Of a stretch of DNA of 64,000 bases, positions 1-10,021 are shown piece after piece. Origin of the DNA: Thermoproteota archaeon. GTDB taxonomy: Archaea > Korarchaeota > Korarchaeia > Korarchaeales > Korarchaeaceae. The notes below the pieces were generated by a model. It did not search any database. It was not told the origin of the DNA and worked only from the letters and a program-made list of their open reading frames with translations. The stretch is from positions 1 to 64,000 of the forward strand of contig JAOZFH010000056.1 in assembly GCA_027491415.1 (NCBI GenBank). The letters are read 5' to 3'. The translations under genes and the position numbers were made by a program. Every line of letters starts with the position of its first letter. Positions within the stretch are counted from its first letter, which is position 1.

Positions 1-552
1 CTGAACCTGCTCTCGGCCTCGACGGCGGTGGCCACCGACTCTGGGGGGGTTCAGGAGGAGGCATTCACGCTGGGGGTCCCCTGCGCCATACTGAGGGACA
101 ACACAGAGAGGCCCGAGATCATAGAGATGGGAGGGGGACTGATCGTCGGCGCGCACCCGGGGCGGATCGTCAAGGCCGTCAGGGACTTCTTATACAAGTC
201 CACATGGAGGAGGAGAATTAGGAAGGCCGGAAATCCCTTCGGTGACGGGAGGGCGGGTGACCGGATAGCAGAGATAATAGCGGCGACGGACCTGGAGAGC
301 CTTCAACCGTCCTCTCCGTACTTCGAGGAGGGTGCGCCTGTCTATGCCGCCGTGAGGGTTGGGGGGCGGGTGAATGGCATGACCGTGAGCCAGGTCCAAG
401 ACGAGTTCAACCTGACAATTGTCGCGGTGTACGGACGACAGGGCAGAGCCTCCTGCCCCGAGCCAAACATGACGCTCACGACAGGGGAGGTAATCAAGGT
501 CCTGGGGGAGAAGAGGGCCGTGGAGAGGCTGAGGGCGGCGTGCGGGAGGTGA
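1..552 (+). CDS. wecB: UDP-N-acetylglucosamine 2-epimerase (5'-truncated by window) with C-terminal TrkA-C/RCK_C-like extension
   Basis: Frame open from base 1. Motifs TDSGGVQEEA, LRDNTERPE, NPFGDGRAGDRI. The extra ~65 aa tail (VNGMTVSQV..LTIVAVYGR..PEPNMTLTTGEVIKVLGE) resembles TrkA-C. Confidence 0.85.
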   Translation: MNLLSASTAVATDSGGVQEEAFTLGVPCAILRDNTERPEIIEMGGGLIVGAHPGRIVKAVRDFLYKSTWRRRIRKAGNPFGDGRAGDRIAEIIAATDLESLQPSSPYFEEGAPVYAAVRVGGRVNGMTVSQVQDEFNLTIVAVYGRQGRASCPEPNMTLTTGEVIKVLGEKRAVERLRAACGR

Positions 553-559
553 TGAACCG

Positions 560-829
560 GTGAATCCCGTTCAGACCCTCGGCCTCTTCATTATGGTCGT
601 GGGCCTGCTGCTGATAATGACCTCCCTGCTCGTCCCGGGTCGAGAGAGGGCAGAACGGGGGGAAGAGAGGGGCAGGTCCGAGGAGGTCGTGGGAGGAATC
701 ATCCTGATAGGCCCCATACCCATAGTGTTCGGCAGGAACCTGACGAAAGGGATGCTCTTGATGCTCGTGCTCTCTGGGCTCGCCATGGCGGTCACTCTTT
801 TGGCCCTGTATCTGATGACGGGGGGATGA
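560..829 (+). CDS. DUF131/TIGR00304 family small membrane protein
   Basis: Two hydrophobic segments and the family signature GGIILIGPIPIVFG. Confidence 0.8.
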   Translation: MNPVQTLGLFIMVVGLLLIMTSLLVPGRERAERGEERGRSEEVVGGIILIGPIPIVFGRNLTKGMLLMLVLSGLAMAVTLLALYLMTGG

Positions 830-832
830 GGC

Positions 833-1144
833 ATGGGGGTGGGGGAGAGTTTGGACATCGAGATCGGCAGGGAGATCCAGCAGGCCTTCTTCAGGGCGGC
901 GCTGTTCCTGCTGGGTGTGGCGATGGTCTTCATTGGAACCCTTCTCCTCGCACTAGGCTCTCTGGAGGGTGAAGGATCGGGAGGGGGCTTTGTGATCATA
1001 GGCCCCTTAATATTCGCATACGGGAGGGAAGTTCCGGGCTGGCTGGCCGCCGCCTTGGTGGCGGCGGCCTTGGGAGCAACGGCGCTCTTCCTCTACGTCG
1101 TCAAGAGGGCTTTACGGACGTATGAGGCCGCTCCAGCACCTTGA
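833..1144 (+). CDS. DUF131-like small membrane protein (second copy)
   Basis: TM segments and GGFVIIGPLIFAYG motif; 3-bp gap after the first copy. Confidence 0.7.
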   Translation: MGVGESLDIEIGREIQQAFFRAALFLLGVAMVFIGTLLLALGSLEGEGSGGGFVIIGPLIFAYGREVPGWLAAALVAAALGATALFLYVVKRALRTYEAAPAP

Positions 1145-1150
1145 AGGCGC

Positions 1151-4015
1151 TCACAGATACCTCCTGCGGATAGACTCCGACTCCAGCTTGGTAAGTTCCC
1201 TGAAGAACCTGTCGTCAGCCTCTCTATGATTGGTCAAAAGAGCCCTGAGGTCCTCTGGATCGACATCCCTGGTCGCGGCGGCCACCAGGGCCAAGCTTCC
1301 AAACCTTTTGGTCAGCGTGGCGAGCCGGAAGGCTCGGTCAGCCAGTTCTGAGTCTGAGACCGCTGGTCTACCCCTCTTCCTCGCCTCCTCGACCGCTTGA
1401 ACCGCGCGGGAGGCCCACCTGCCCGAGAACGCGGCCAGCGCCCTGGATCCGCAGGACGGGCAGGTAAGCGTCATGTCAGTCTCTAGGAGGGTCTTCACCT
1501 TCACGCTCGTCCACCAAGACCAGCAGAACGGGCAGACCACCACGAGATCCGTTCCCAGAATCCTGGCCTTGGCCGCCTGCAGGAGTATCCTGTCGAGGCT
1601 CTCTGGCGGAAGTATCTCCAAGAAGAACTGAGATCGGCGCAGCCCCAGCCAAGCGAGCGGGCTGGGCGAATCTCTCACTACGGTCGCCATCTGAACCTCG
1701 CCGGATTCCATTGCGGATACAATCTTCTCGGCTCCTTCCAAGTCGTAATCCTTGGTCAGAGACTCCGATATCGCTTCCTTGTAGATGGGCGTGCCCTCGT
1801 ACGCTTCTACTATCTTCTTGAGGCTGAGCTCCCTCAGGCTCGCGGCCTTGGAGATCAGCCCCATCCTCTTCGCCACCTGGAGGATCCTCACGCCGAACCT
1901 GCCGGTCCTTGGGAGGGTCCTGAGCAGGAGGTCCATCAGATCTCTTTTGAGAAGGGAGTGAAGCGCCCTCTTCACGGCCTCCACGCTGGCCGGCTTCAGG
2001 ATTATCCGATATGGGTCAGAGTTGGTAAGCACGCCCAGCCCGATCTCCTCCACCATTACCTGGGCTAGCAGCCTGGAGAGGGTTCTGTTTACGAGTGTAC
2101 CCGCGCAGGCGTGAATCACCACGTAGTTCGAGAACCCTTCTATCACCACCCTCCTGTCCGTCCCCACGGGGACTCCAAGCTTGACGTGCTCCCGTATCGG
2201 CCGAATGGCCCTCCTCACGTCCTCTGCATCGGCGAAGGGGTAGCCCCTCAGGATGGTTCGAACGGCTCCTTCGACCCCCGCCGACTTGATTTCCTCCTCA
2301 GCAATCCGCCTGAGCCTGCCAACCTCGACGGCCACGTCAAACGGGACTGGAAGGTCCTCTCCAACCCAACTGGGTATCGCGCCGGTGGGGTCGTCGGCCC
2401 GGACCACCAGTACCCTTCCAGCCTCTATCCTCCTGAAGACCCACACGGAACCCTTGAACACGAACTTGACGCCAGGATACAGATCGTCTAGTACGAAAGC
2501 CTCGTCGAGATAGCCGATCAGGAGGCCCGAACTCTCCTCGACCACGGGATACCGGCGCTCGTCGGGAATGGTCGAGAGGTTCTCGAAGTAATAGCGGTAC
2601 GAGTTCTCGCGCCTGTGCGGCAGCGCGAGGAACTCGCCATCTTCTGAGATCCACAGGGGTCTGTTCCAGCTGGAGTAGACGTACCTGAGCGTCTCCACGA
2701 GATCGTCCCTCGTGAGCCCGGCGTAGGCGTGAGCTCTCCTGAGGATGGAGAGGGCGCTCACTGTGGGGAGCCTCTTGTACTCCAAGAGGAGGCCGATGGT
2801 CTGGTGGAGGGCCACATCAAGAGGTTTGGGCGGTATCTTTGGGACCTCCAGCTCGCCGCTCTTGGCCCGCCGGCATATCACCAGAGACTCCAGAAACTCG
2901 TCCGCATCCGACGTCACGACGACGCCCCTGCTGACCTCCCCGACCCTGTGGCCGCTCCTGCCCACCCTCTGGACCAGCCTCGTGGCCTGCCTGGGGCTCA
3001 TGTACTGGACCACCAGGTCTACGTGGCCCACGTCTATGCCCAGCTCGAGGGAGCTGGTGGAGACGAGCGTGTCCAGCTCGCCGCTCTTGAGCGCGCGCTC
3101 CGCCTCAACCCTGGCGTCTCGGGAGAGAGAGCTGTGGTGCACCGCCACCGCGAGCTTGGGGAACCACTTTGCGAGCCTGTGCCCGAGGGCCTCTGCGGCC
3201 GATCTGGTGTTGGTGAACAGGAGCGTCGAGTTGGCCCGAGAGGCCACTTCGGTGATCGCTCTGATCCTCGCGACTACGCCCGGATCGGTTCCCGCCTCGC
3301 TTGCGACCTTGATATCCTCCTCGGAGGCCTCCGGGATCAGCACCCTCAGCTCCATCTCCTTCGTGGCTGAGACGTCCACGACCTCGAAGGGCTCTCCCCC
3401 GAAGAACGCCCTGCCGACCAAGTGGGGATCACCGACCGTTGCTGAGAGGGCCACCCTCTGGAAGGGCTGGCCCACGAGCTCCTTGAGCCTCTCGAGAGCC
3501 ACGGCGAGCTGTACTCCACGCTTGTCGTCCACCAACTCGTGCACCTCGTCTACCACAACGGCCGCCACGGACCTCATGTGAGACCTGAGCCTCCTGCCAA
3601 CGAGTAGGACCTGCAGGGTCTCCGGGGTTGTCACGAGTACGTCGGGTGGGTGGAGGGACTGTCTCCTCCTCTCCGACTGGGAGGTGTCGCCGTGCCTGAC
3701 GGCCACCGAGAGGCCCACACTGGAGGCCATCCACCGGATCCTGTCCTCGAGGTCCCGGTTCAGGGCCCTGAGCGGGGTCACGTAGAGGAGCTTCACCCCC
3801 TCCCTCGGGGGATGGGACTTGAGCCTTGCCAGCATGGGGAGGACGGCCGCCTCGGTCTTGCCGTACCCGGTGGGGGCCACCAGAAGGACGTTCTTGCCGC
3901 TGAGTATGAGGGGGATTGCCTCCCTCTGCGCGGGCGTGGGCTCCCTTATCCCCCTAGAAGCCAGCGCCTCTCTTATCTCTTCCGGGAGTTGGTCGAAGAC
4001 CGTGGGCACCCGCAA
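1151..4015 (-). CDS. lhr: Lhr-family ATP-dependent SF2 helicase
   Basis: APTGYGKTEAA, DEVHEL, LSATVG, SSLELGIDVG, QRVGRSGH, IPSWVGE; C-terminal CPFC..CPSC zinc finger. Confidence 0.93.
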   Translation of the reverse strand: MRVPTVFDQLPEEIREALASRGIREPTPAQREAIPLILSGKNVLLVAPTGYGKTEAAVLPMLARLKSHPPREGVKLLYVTPLRALNRDLEDRIRWMASSVGLSVAVRHGDTSQSERRRQSLHPPDVLVTTPETLQVLLVGRRLRSHMRSVAAVVVDEVHELVDDKRGVQLAVALERLKELVGQPFQRVALSATVGDPHLVGRAFFGGEPFEVVDVSATKEMELRVLIPEASEEDIKVASEAGTDPGVVARIRAITEVASRANSTLLFTNTRSAAEALGHRLAKWFPKLAVAVHHSSLSRDARVEAERALKSGELDTLVSTSSLELGIDVGHVDLVVQYMSPRQATRLVQRVGRSGHRVGEVSRGVVVTSDADEFLESLVICRRAKSGELEVPKIPPKPLDVALHQTIGLLLEYKRLPTVSALSILRRAHAYAGLTRDDLVETLRYVYSSWNRPLWISEDGEFLALPHRRENSYRYYFENLSTIPDERRYPVVEESSGLLIGYLDEAFVLDDLYPGVKFVFKGSVWVFRRIEAGRVLVVRADDPTGAIPSWVGEDLPVPFDVAVEVGRLRRIAEEEIKSAGVEGAVRTILRGYPFADAEDVRRAIRPIREHVKLGVPVGTDRRVVIEGFSNYVVIHACAGTLVNRTLSRLLAQVMVEEIGLGVLTNSDPYRIILKPASVEAVKRALHSLLKRDLMDLLLRTLPRTGRFGVRILQVAKRMGLISKAASLRELSLKKIVEAYEGTPIYKEAISESLTKDYDLEGAEKIVSAMESGEVQMATVVRDSPSPLAWLGLRRSQFFLEILPPESLDRILLQAAKARILGTDLVVVCPFCWSWWTSVKVKTLLETDMTLTCPSCGSRALAAFSGRWASRAVQAVEEARKRGRPAVSDSELADRAFRLATLTKRFGSLALVAAATRDVDPEDLRALLTNHREADDRFFRELTKLESESIRRRYL

Positions 4016-4083
4016 TCTGGATCCCAGGGCGAATTAAAGCGGCGCCGCACGCCCCTTTCGGCGGCGTGCCCATTGGTAAAGAG

Positions 4084-4091
4084 TTTTAAAT
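4084..4091 (+). promoter_or_regulatory. Putative BRE/TATA promoter of the thermosome gene
   Basis: TTTTAAAT preceded by purine-rich GTAAAGAG; SD-like GGGGTGA before ATG 4170. Confidence 0.55.
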
Positions 4092-4169
4092 GGGGATAAG
4101 AGCGACTATCCGCGCCAAGCCCCGCAGCGCGAGGGGGCGGACACACGTATTGATAGGGGGTGAGCTGAG

Positions 4170-5807
4170 ATGGCCGCAGCTGGAGGAGCTAGCGGAGCTG
4201 GAGGTGCCATCCCGGTTTTGATCCTGAAGGAGGGCACTTCCAGGACCAGAGGCAGGGAAGCCGTTCGGCTCAACATAACCGTGGCCAAGGCCATAGCTGA
4301 GGCCGTAAAGAGTACCCTTGGGCCGAAGGGCATGCAGAAGATGCTCGTCGACCCGTTCGGCGACGTGATCATCACCAGCGACGGTGCCACGGTGATGAAG
4401 GAGATCGAGGTTGAGCACCCGACCGCGAAGATGCTGGTTGACCTGGCCAAGAGTCAGGAACAGGTAGCCGGTGACGGAACTACCACCGTGGTCGTGCTCG
4501 CAGGTGAACTCCTCGCCAAGGCGGAGGAGCTGATGGACCTCGGCATCCACCCGACCCTGATCATAGAAGGCTACAGGAAGGCCGCCAGGAAGGCCTCAGA
4601 GCTCATCGACGAGCTCTCCATTAAGGTCCCGTGGGACGACAAGGAGATCCTGAAGAAGATCGCCAAGCTGGCAATGGGCTCAAAGGCCGTAGCCCACGCG
4701 AAGGATCACCTGGCAGAGATAGCCGTCGAGGCAGCCCTGGCCGTGGTCGAGGAGAAGGACGGCAAGAGGACCGTCGACCTGGACAACATCAAGAGGGAGA
4801 AGAAGGAGGGAGGCTCCATATTCGACACCGCCCTCATCAGGGGCATAGTGATCGACAAGGAGGTCGTCCACCCCGGGATGCCCAGGGTGATAGCCGGGGC
4901 CAAGATAGCCCTCATCGAGAGCGCCTTGGAGGTCAAGAAGCCAGAGCTGTCCTCCAAGATCAAGGTGGTCTCGCCGACCCAGATCAAGGGCTTCCTCGAG
5001 CAGGAGAAGGAGATGCTCAGGGAGCTGGTTGACAAGATCGCCGAGGCCGGCGCCAACGTGGTATTCTGCCAGAAGGGCATCGACGATGTGGCCCAGCACT
5101 TCCTCGCCAAGAGGGGCATCCTCGCGGTCAGGAGGGTCAGGAAGTCTGACATGGAGAAGCTGGCCAAGGCCACAGGCGCCAAGATCGTGGTGAACGTCAA
5201 GGAGATCAAGCCCGAGGACCTCGGCCACGCCGAACTCGTGGAGGAGAGGCGCGTCGGCGAGGACAAGATGGTCTTCGTCGAGGGGTGCAAGAATCCGAAG
5301 GCCGTGTCCATCCTCATCAGGGGAGGTTCCAAGCAGGTCATCGACGAGACCGAGAGGACCGTCCACGACGCACTCAGCGTCGTGAGGGACGTCATCGAGG
5401 ACGGCAAGATCGTCGTCGGCGGCGGGGCCGTCGAGATGGAGCTGAGCCTCAGGCTGAAGGAGTACGCCCAGCAGCTCGGCGGGAAGGAGCAGACCATCGT
5501 CCAGAGGTTCGCCGAAGCCATAGAGGTCATACCCAGGACGCTCATAGAGAACTCGGGCAAGGACCCCGTGGTCCTCATGGCCGAGCTTGTGAAGGCCCAC
5601 ACCGAAGGCAAGGTACACCACGGGTTTGACGTCTTCACCGGCGAGATCGTGGATATGAAGGAGAAGGATGTCATCGAGCCGGCCAGGGTCATCAAGAACG
5701 CCGTAGAGTCCGCCGCCGAGTTCGCAGAGACCATCCTAAAGATCGACGACATCATAGCCGCCTCCGCGAAGAAGTTCGGCAAGGAGAAGGGCGGCGAGGA
5801 GGAGTAA
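4170..5807 (+). CDS. ths: Thermosome (group II chaperonin) subunit
   Basis: [33 protein letters not shown] motifs. Confidence 0.97.
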   Translation: MAAAGGASGAGGAIPVLILKEGTSRTRGREAVRLNITVAKAIAEAVKSTLGPKGMQKMLVDPFGDVIITSDGATVMKEIEVEHPTAKMLVDLAKSQEQVAGDGTTTVVVLAGELLAKAEELMDLGIHPTLIIEGYRKAARKASELIDELSIKVPWDDKEILKKIAKLAMGSKAVAHAKDHLAEIAVEAALAVVEEKDGKRTVDLDNIKREKKEGGSIFDTALIRGIVIDKEVVHPGMPRVIAGAKIALIESALEVKKPELSSKIKVVSPTQIKGFLEQEKEMLRELVDKIAEAGANVVFCQKGIDDVAQHFLAKRGILAVRRVRKSDMEKLAKATGAKIVVNVKEIKPEDLGHAELVEERRVGEDKMVFVEGCKNPKAVSILIRGGSKQVIDETERTVHDALSVVRDVIEDGKIVVGGGAVEMELSLRLKEYAQQLGGKEQTIVQRFAEAIEVIPRTLIENSGKDPVVLMAELVKAHTEGKVHHGFDVFTGEIVDMKEKDVIEPARVIKNAVESAAEFAETILKIDDIIAASAKKFGKEKGGEEE

Positions 5808-5808
5808 G

Positions 5809-6063
5809 TTGACCGACAAGGGCGATCTGCTGGGCCCAAAGAAGCTCACGCGGTTCGAGAGGACGAGGATCATCGCGTTCAGGGCTCAGCAGATCGCCGC
5901 CGGCTCTCCTCTCTTTCTTAAAGACGACGAGATACCCGAGGGGGTCACCGACCCGGTGGAACTCGCCGAACTCGAACTGAAGCTCGGTCGAATTCCCGTC
6001 AAACTGGTCAGGCGCGTCCTCGACAGAGAGGTCATCGTTGATCTAGACGATCTCCTCGGCTGA
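5809..6063 (+). CDS. rpoK: RNA polymerase subunit Rpo6/K
   Basis: LTRFERTRIIAFRAQQIAAG..P, DPVELAELEL. Confidence 0.9.
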   Translation: MTDKGDLLGPKKLTRFERTRIIAFRAQQIAAGSPLFLKDDEIPEGVTDPVELAELELKLGRIPVKLVRRVLDREVIVDLDDLLG

Positions 6064-6176
6064 ACCCGCCCTCCGGTAAATGTTTATTATGTGAGGAGGC
6101 GCCCCTGGCACGCTGCCAGGCGCAGTCCCACTGAGACCTGGCGGACCTTGTGAGCAAGAGTAAGGGGGTGTGCGTC

Positions 6177-6458
6177 ATGTCTGCCGAGGAGGGAATCGTG
6201 TACGTGGGTAAGAAGCCCGCCATCAACTACGTGATGGCTACCACGCTCCAGATCAACCGGGGCGTGAAGAAGATCGTCCTCAAGGCCAGGGGCAGGTCCA
6301 TCTCGAGGGCCGTGGATGTCGCCGAGATCACCAGGCTCAAGTACTTCCCTGGTAAGCTCAAGATAACCGACATTAGGACGGGCACCGAGGAGATAATAGA
6401 CGAGGACGGCAGCAGGAGGGACATAAGCGTCATCGAGATCGAGCTCACCCAGGTGTGA
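6177..6458 (+). CDS. albA: Chromatin protein Alba
   Basis: VYVGKKPAINYV, KARGRSISRAVDVAE, ISVIEIEL; ATG 6177 with GGGGGTG SD. Confidence 0.95.
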   Translation: MSAEEGIVYVGKKPAINYVMATTLQINRGVKKIVLKARGRSISRAVDVAEITRLKYFPGKLKITDIRTGTEEIIDEDGSRRDISVIEIELTQV

Positions 6459-6490
6459 GCCGATCTCTCCCCCGCGATTTTTGAGGGATT

Positions 6491-6515
6491 CCCCTTTCCC
6501 CTTCTCACTATTTTT
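6491..6515 (+). terminator. Pyrimidine/T-tract, probable terminator after alba
   Basis: CCCCTTTCCCCTTCTCACTATTTTT downstream of the stop codon. Confidence 0.4.
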
Positions 6516-6612
6516 GGCCAAAGTCTTTCCGCCCTGCGCCTGCCGTCGAGCTAAAAAGCCAGGCGTACTTGGCGGCAGGACGGTGATGGGGCTGCGGTCT
6601 AAGCGCGGGCCG

Positions 6613-8208
6613 ATGTTCTGGCTGGACAAGCTGGCCCTCGAGGTGGTGGAGAGAGAGGCTCGCCTGAACAGGGGGATAGAGGTCTACACCGTGGAATCGG
6701 GCATCGGTGCCAGCGGGTTCCCGCACATAGGGTCAGTCGGCGATTCCCTGAGGGCTTACGGCGTGAAGTTGGCCTTGGAGGACCTCGGACACTGGTCGCG
6801 ACTCGTCGCCTTCAGCGACGATAGGGATGGCCTGCGGAAGGTGCCCGCGGGGGTTCCGTCGGATTACGAAAGGTACCTCGGAATGCCCGTCACCGACATT
6901 CCCGATCCCTGGGGATGCCACGGAAGCTACGGGGAGCACATGAGTTCCATGCTCATGGACGCGCTGGACAAGCTCGGCGTCGACTACGAGTTCTACTCGG
7001 GGACTCAGGTCTACAGGTCGGGTCTGCTCGACCAGTACATTGACAAGATCCTGAGGGAGAGGCACAAAGTCGAGAGGATCGTTCGGGAGGAGGTGGGGAC
7101 CAGCCGGCCAGAGGGTTGGATTCCCTACTGGCCCGTCTGCGAGAACTGTGGTCGGATATACACCACCCGAGTGGTCGAGGTTCACCCGGAGGAGGGTAAG
7201 GTAGTCTACGTGTGTGATCAGGAGTTCAAGGGGGTCAAGGGGTGCGGCTACAGGGGGGAGGTCAGCTACAGGAGGGGATCCGGCAAATTGCCTTGGAAGT
7301 GGGGGGAGTTCGCCGCCAGGTGGGCCGCGCTGGGAGTCGTGTTCGAGCCACACGGCAAGGACATCGCCGACAGCTTCAGGGTGAATCAGAGGATCGCCAG
7401 GGAAGTCCTTGGATTCGAGCCGCCCCTGACGATAAGGTACGAGATGTTCCTCGACGCGACTGGAGAGAAGATCTCAAAGTCCAAGGGGAACGTCATCACC
7501 CCCCAGGACTGGCTCCGCTACGCGCCGCCCGAGAGCCTGAGGCTCCTGATGTTCAAGAGGTACAGGGGGACCCGCGCGATCTCCCTAGAGAGGGCGCCCG
7601 AGTACGTCGAGGACCTGGAGAGGCACCTCAGGCTCTACTGGAACCTGGACAGGATACCCTCCGAGAGGGACAGGATCACCGTAAAGAGACTCGTAGAGTA
7701 CGCGTACCTGCTGAGGGAGGTTCCGCAGCCCCCCAAGTATACTTTCAGGTCACTCATCAACATCGTGGAGCTGCTCCACTGGAGGGAGATGAAGGAAGAG
7801 GAACTCCTCTCTGCTGTGGTGGAATTCGTGTCCGAGTACTACGAAATTGAATCTGGCTCGCTCCTGACGGATCAGACGTTCAGGGAGTGGTTCAAGAGGG
7901 CCCTGAACTACGTCAGGGACATCAAGTCCAGGTTCATCGAGGAGAGGCCCGAGCTGAGCCCCGAGGTCCTGGCGGCCATAGAGAAATTTCTCGCTGAGAT
8001 CGACGAGGGCATGGATGCTGAGGAAATTCAGTCCCGCGCCTTCGAGGTCTGCAGGTCCAGTGGAGTGAAGCCGAAGGAGTTCTTCTCGGCCGTCTACACG
8101 CTACTGGTGGGCGCCAAGAGTGGGCCGAGGCTTGGCCCGCTTATGAAGCGTCTGGGGGTTGAGAGGGCCAAGTCCTTAATACGCAAGTCAATCTCAAACT
8201 ATTCTTGA
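6613..8208 (+). CDS. lysS: Class I lysyl-tRNA synthetase
   Basis: SGIGASGFPHIG (HIGH-like), DDRDGLRKVP, CENCG, KISKSKGN, GPRLG; start placed at MFWLD. Confidence 0.95.
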   Translation: MFWLDKLALEVVEREARLNRGIEVYTVESGIGASGFPHIGSVGDSLRAYGVKLALEDLGHWSRLVAFSDDRDGLRKVPAGVPSDYERYLGMPVTDIPDPWGCHGSYGEHMSSMLMDALDKLGVDYEFYSGTQVYRSGLLDQYIDKILRERHKVERIVREEVGTSRPEGWIPYWPVCENCGRIYTTRVVEVHPEEGKVVYVCDQEFKGVKGCGYRGEVSYRRGSGKLPWKWGEFAARWAALGVVFEPHGKDIADSFRVNQRIAREVLGFEPPLTIRYEMFLDATGEKISKSKGNVITPQDWLRYAPPESLRLLMFKRYRGTRAISLERAPEYVEDLERHLRLYWNLDRIPSERDRITVKRLVEYAYLLREVPQPPKYTFRSLINIVELLHWREMKEEELLSAVVEFVSEYYEIESGSLLTDQTFREWFKRALNYVRDIKSRFIEERPELSPEVLAAIEKFLAEIDEGMDAEEIQSRAFEVCRSSGVKPKEFFSAVYTLLVGAKSGPRLGPLMKRLGVERAKSLIRKSISNYS

Positions 8209-8212
8209 GAGG

Positions 8213-8755
8213 ATGGGGTTAGGCTTGAAAAGAGAAGATAGGATGAGAAATCTCCTTGAGCTCAGAAACATGTTGAAGACCAGGATAGACGAGCTGGAGA
8301 AGGAGCTATTGAGGCTGCGGTCGATGCTGGACGCCCTCGATGACATCCTATTGGAGGCGACAATAACTACCGCCGACACGTTAACGTCGCCTGCCGCAGT
8401 CCCCGAGGAGGGTACAAAGGTCGAGGAACGCCTGGAGCCTCCATCACCGCAGGAGGTCGAGGAGAGGGAGATCCTCTCAGGAGAGGAGAGGATTGGGAGA
8501 ATACTGGTCAACAGGGCGAAGGGCATCCTCATACTTGAGACGGAAGGGGACGTCAGGGCCGACTCTGGTCCCATAGGGTGGCTCACTAGAAGGCTGAGAG
8601 AGCTGAGGAGATCGTCCCCCGGGGTCGCTTACAACATAGAGGCAGAGGATGGGGCACTTAGGCGCATAGTCGTGAGGGGCGTTCCAGCGGACGAGATGGA
8701 CAAGCTGGTCAATGAGATGAGGTGGGCGATAGACCGAGCCTATCGCAACCCATGA
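8213..8755 (+). CDS. Hypothetical protein with N-terminal coiled coil
   Basis: Heptad-rich N-terminus (LKTRIDELEKELLRLRSMLDALD); fills the space between lysS and a convergent gene. Confidence 0.7.
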   Translation: MGLGLKREDRMRNLLELRNMLKTRIDELEKELLRLRSMLDALDDILLEATITTADTLTSPAAVPEEGTKVEERLEPPSPQEVEEREILSGEERIGRILVNRAKGILILETEGDVRADSGPIGWLTRRLRELRRSSPGVAYNIEAEDGALRRIVVRGVPADEMDKLVNEMRWAIDRAYRNP

Positions 8756-9375
8756 CCCTCGCCCGCCGTCAGCCTCTCTCGAACCACCCTCCCCATGGGT
8801 TTTTCCTCCGCGAACACTATGGCGGTGAACCTGAACACCTCCACATCGGGTCTCATCCAGCAGCCTGGCGGCAACCCGGCCTTCACGCAGGTTTGGTCCA
8901 AGAATTCTCTGGAGTCCCAGCCCCACTCGACCGGGACCTGGGGTAGGAGGAGACCACTCCAAGGTCCAGCTCGAATGATCAGGCCATCCCGACCCACCCT
9001 TATGAGGCCGGGCAGCTCCCTCCTGTCGTCCACTCTGAGCGGCTCTGGCGGCGTTAGAACGCTGACCTCCAATGTGATGTTAGGGAGCTCTCCCGGCGTC
9101 ACTGGATAGAACCTCGGATCCTGCGTGGCCGCAGATATGGCTGCCTGAATGACTGCTCGGTAGAGAGGGAGAGTGGGTTCCGGATAGCCTATGCACCCCC
9201 TCAGGCGTCCCTCTGGATAGGTCTTCAGCGTGACGAACGCCCCCGCCTTCTCTTGGAGCCTGGGGTTGGGTGGTTGCTCCTCAGGGGTCTTTCCCTCGGT
9301 TAAGAAGAGGGTAATGGCCCGCCTAGCAAGCCTAACTAGGTACTCGCCCTCCTCGTCGGTGAGCTGCAGCGTCAT
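8740..9375 (-). CDS. AMMECR1/TIGR00296 family protein
   Basis: GAFVTL, LRGCIG, AATQDPRF, GLLLPQV, CVKAG. Confidence 0.93.
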   Translation of the reverse strand: MTLQLTDEEGEYLVRLARRAITLFLTEGKTPEEQPPNPRLQEKAGAFVTLKTYPEGRLRGCIGYPEPTLPLYRAVIQAAISAATQDPRFYPVTPGELPNITLEVSVLTPPEPLRVDDRRELPGLIRVGRDGLIIRAGPWSGLLLPQVPVEWGWDSREFLDQTCVKAGLPPGCWMRPDVEVFRFTAIVFAEEKPMGRVVRERLTAGEGHGLR

Positions 9376-9382
9376 AGCCCCC

Positions 9383-10000
9383 TCAACCGACGCCCTCTTC
9401 AGTTATGAAGTATCCGCCCTCTGCCAACACCCTCCTCAGCTTGTAGACCGCCCTCCTAACGTCCGCCTCCTTCTTGGCTCCGGTACACACCAAGCTCCCG
9501 GAGGCAAAGACCAGAAACACCACCGGCGGATCGTCCATCCTGTATATGAGTCCCGGAAACTGCTCCGGCTCGTAGAGAGTGTTGGGCTGCTCCATGGCCA
9601 ACCTCTCTATGTCAACCTTGAGGAACAGCTTCGCGGACGCGACGATGTTCTCGGCCCTGACCAGGGGTCTGTTGCTGATCTTGATGCCGTGCTGCTTCAT
9701 GAGGTCGATGGCCTTATTGACGGCCAGGGCGGACTCCTCGACAGATTTCGTCCCCGTGCACACGAACTTCCCGCTGCTGAAAACCAGAAGGGCGGCCTTT
9801 GGCTCCTTGAGTTTGAGTACCAGACCCGGGAACTTGTTGGGTTCGTACCTCGACTCCTTGATCTTCTGAGCTATTTCCTTGAGGTTCAGCTTCTGCCTAA
9901 TGTCAGCGGAGGACACGACGTTCTGGATGTTAATCTCGGGTTCACGTGGAAACCTGATCCCCGCGACGACCTCTCCCTGCTTTTCCTTATCGGGGGGCAT
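9383..10000 (-). CDS. tbp: TATA-box binding protein
   Basis: Two TBP repeats: NVVSS..YEPNKFPGL..FSSGKFVCTG and NIVAS..YEPEQFPGL..FASGSLVCTGAK. Confidence 0.97.
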   Translation of the reverse strand: MPPDKEKQGEVVAGIRFPREPEINIQNVVSSADIRQKLNLKEIAQKIKESRYEPNKFPGLVLKLKEPKAALLVFSSGKFVCTGTKSVEESALAVNKAIDLMKQHGIKISNRPLVRAENIVASAKLFLKVDIERLAMEQPNTLYEPEQFPGLIYRMDDPPVVFLVFASGSLVCTGAKKEADVRRAVYKLRRVLAEGGYFITEEGVG

Positions 10001-10021
10001 TCCAGAAACCTCTGTCGGGCC

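Noticed and set aside
4037-4059. GCACGCC/GGCGTGC hairpin and GC-rich leader stem upstream of the thermosome gene as an RNA thermometer
   Set aside because: The SD and start codon are not sequestered by the predicted stems
4680-5839. Long antisense and alternate-frame ORFs over the thermosome gene (and similar ones over lhr, aIF2-gamma, mcm and the r-protein cluster)
   Set aside because: Shadow ORFs expected from high GC3 codon bias; the opposite strand carries clear conserved genes
6091-6140. GTGAGGA...CTGA with a CCTGGCA/TGCCAGG hairpin upstream of alba as a C/D sRNA
   Set aside because: No D'/C' pair, and the putative box C directly abuts the TATA-like TTTATTAT, so it is probably not transcribed
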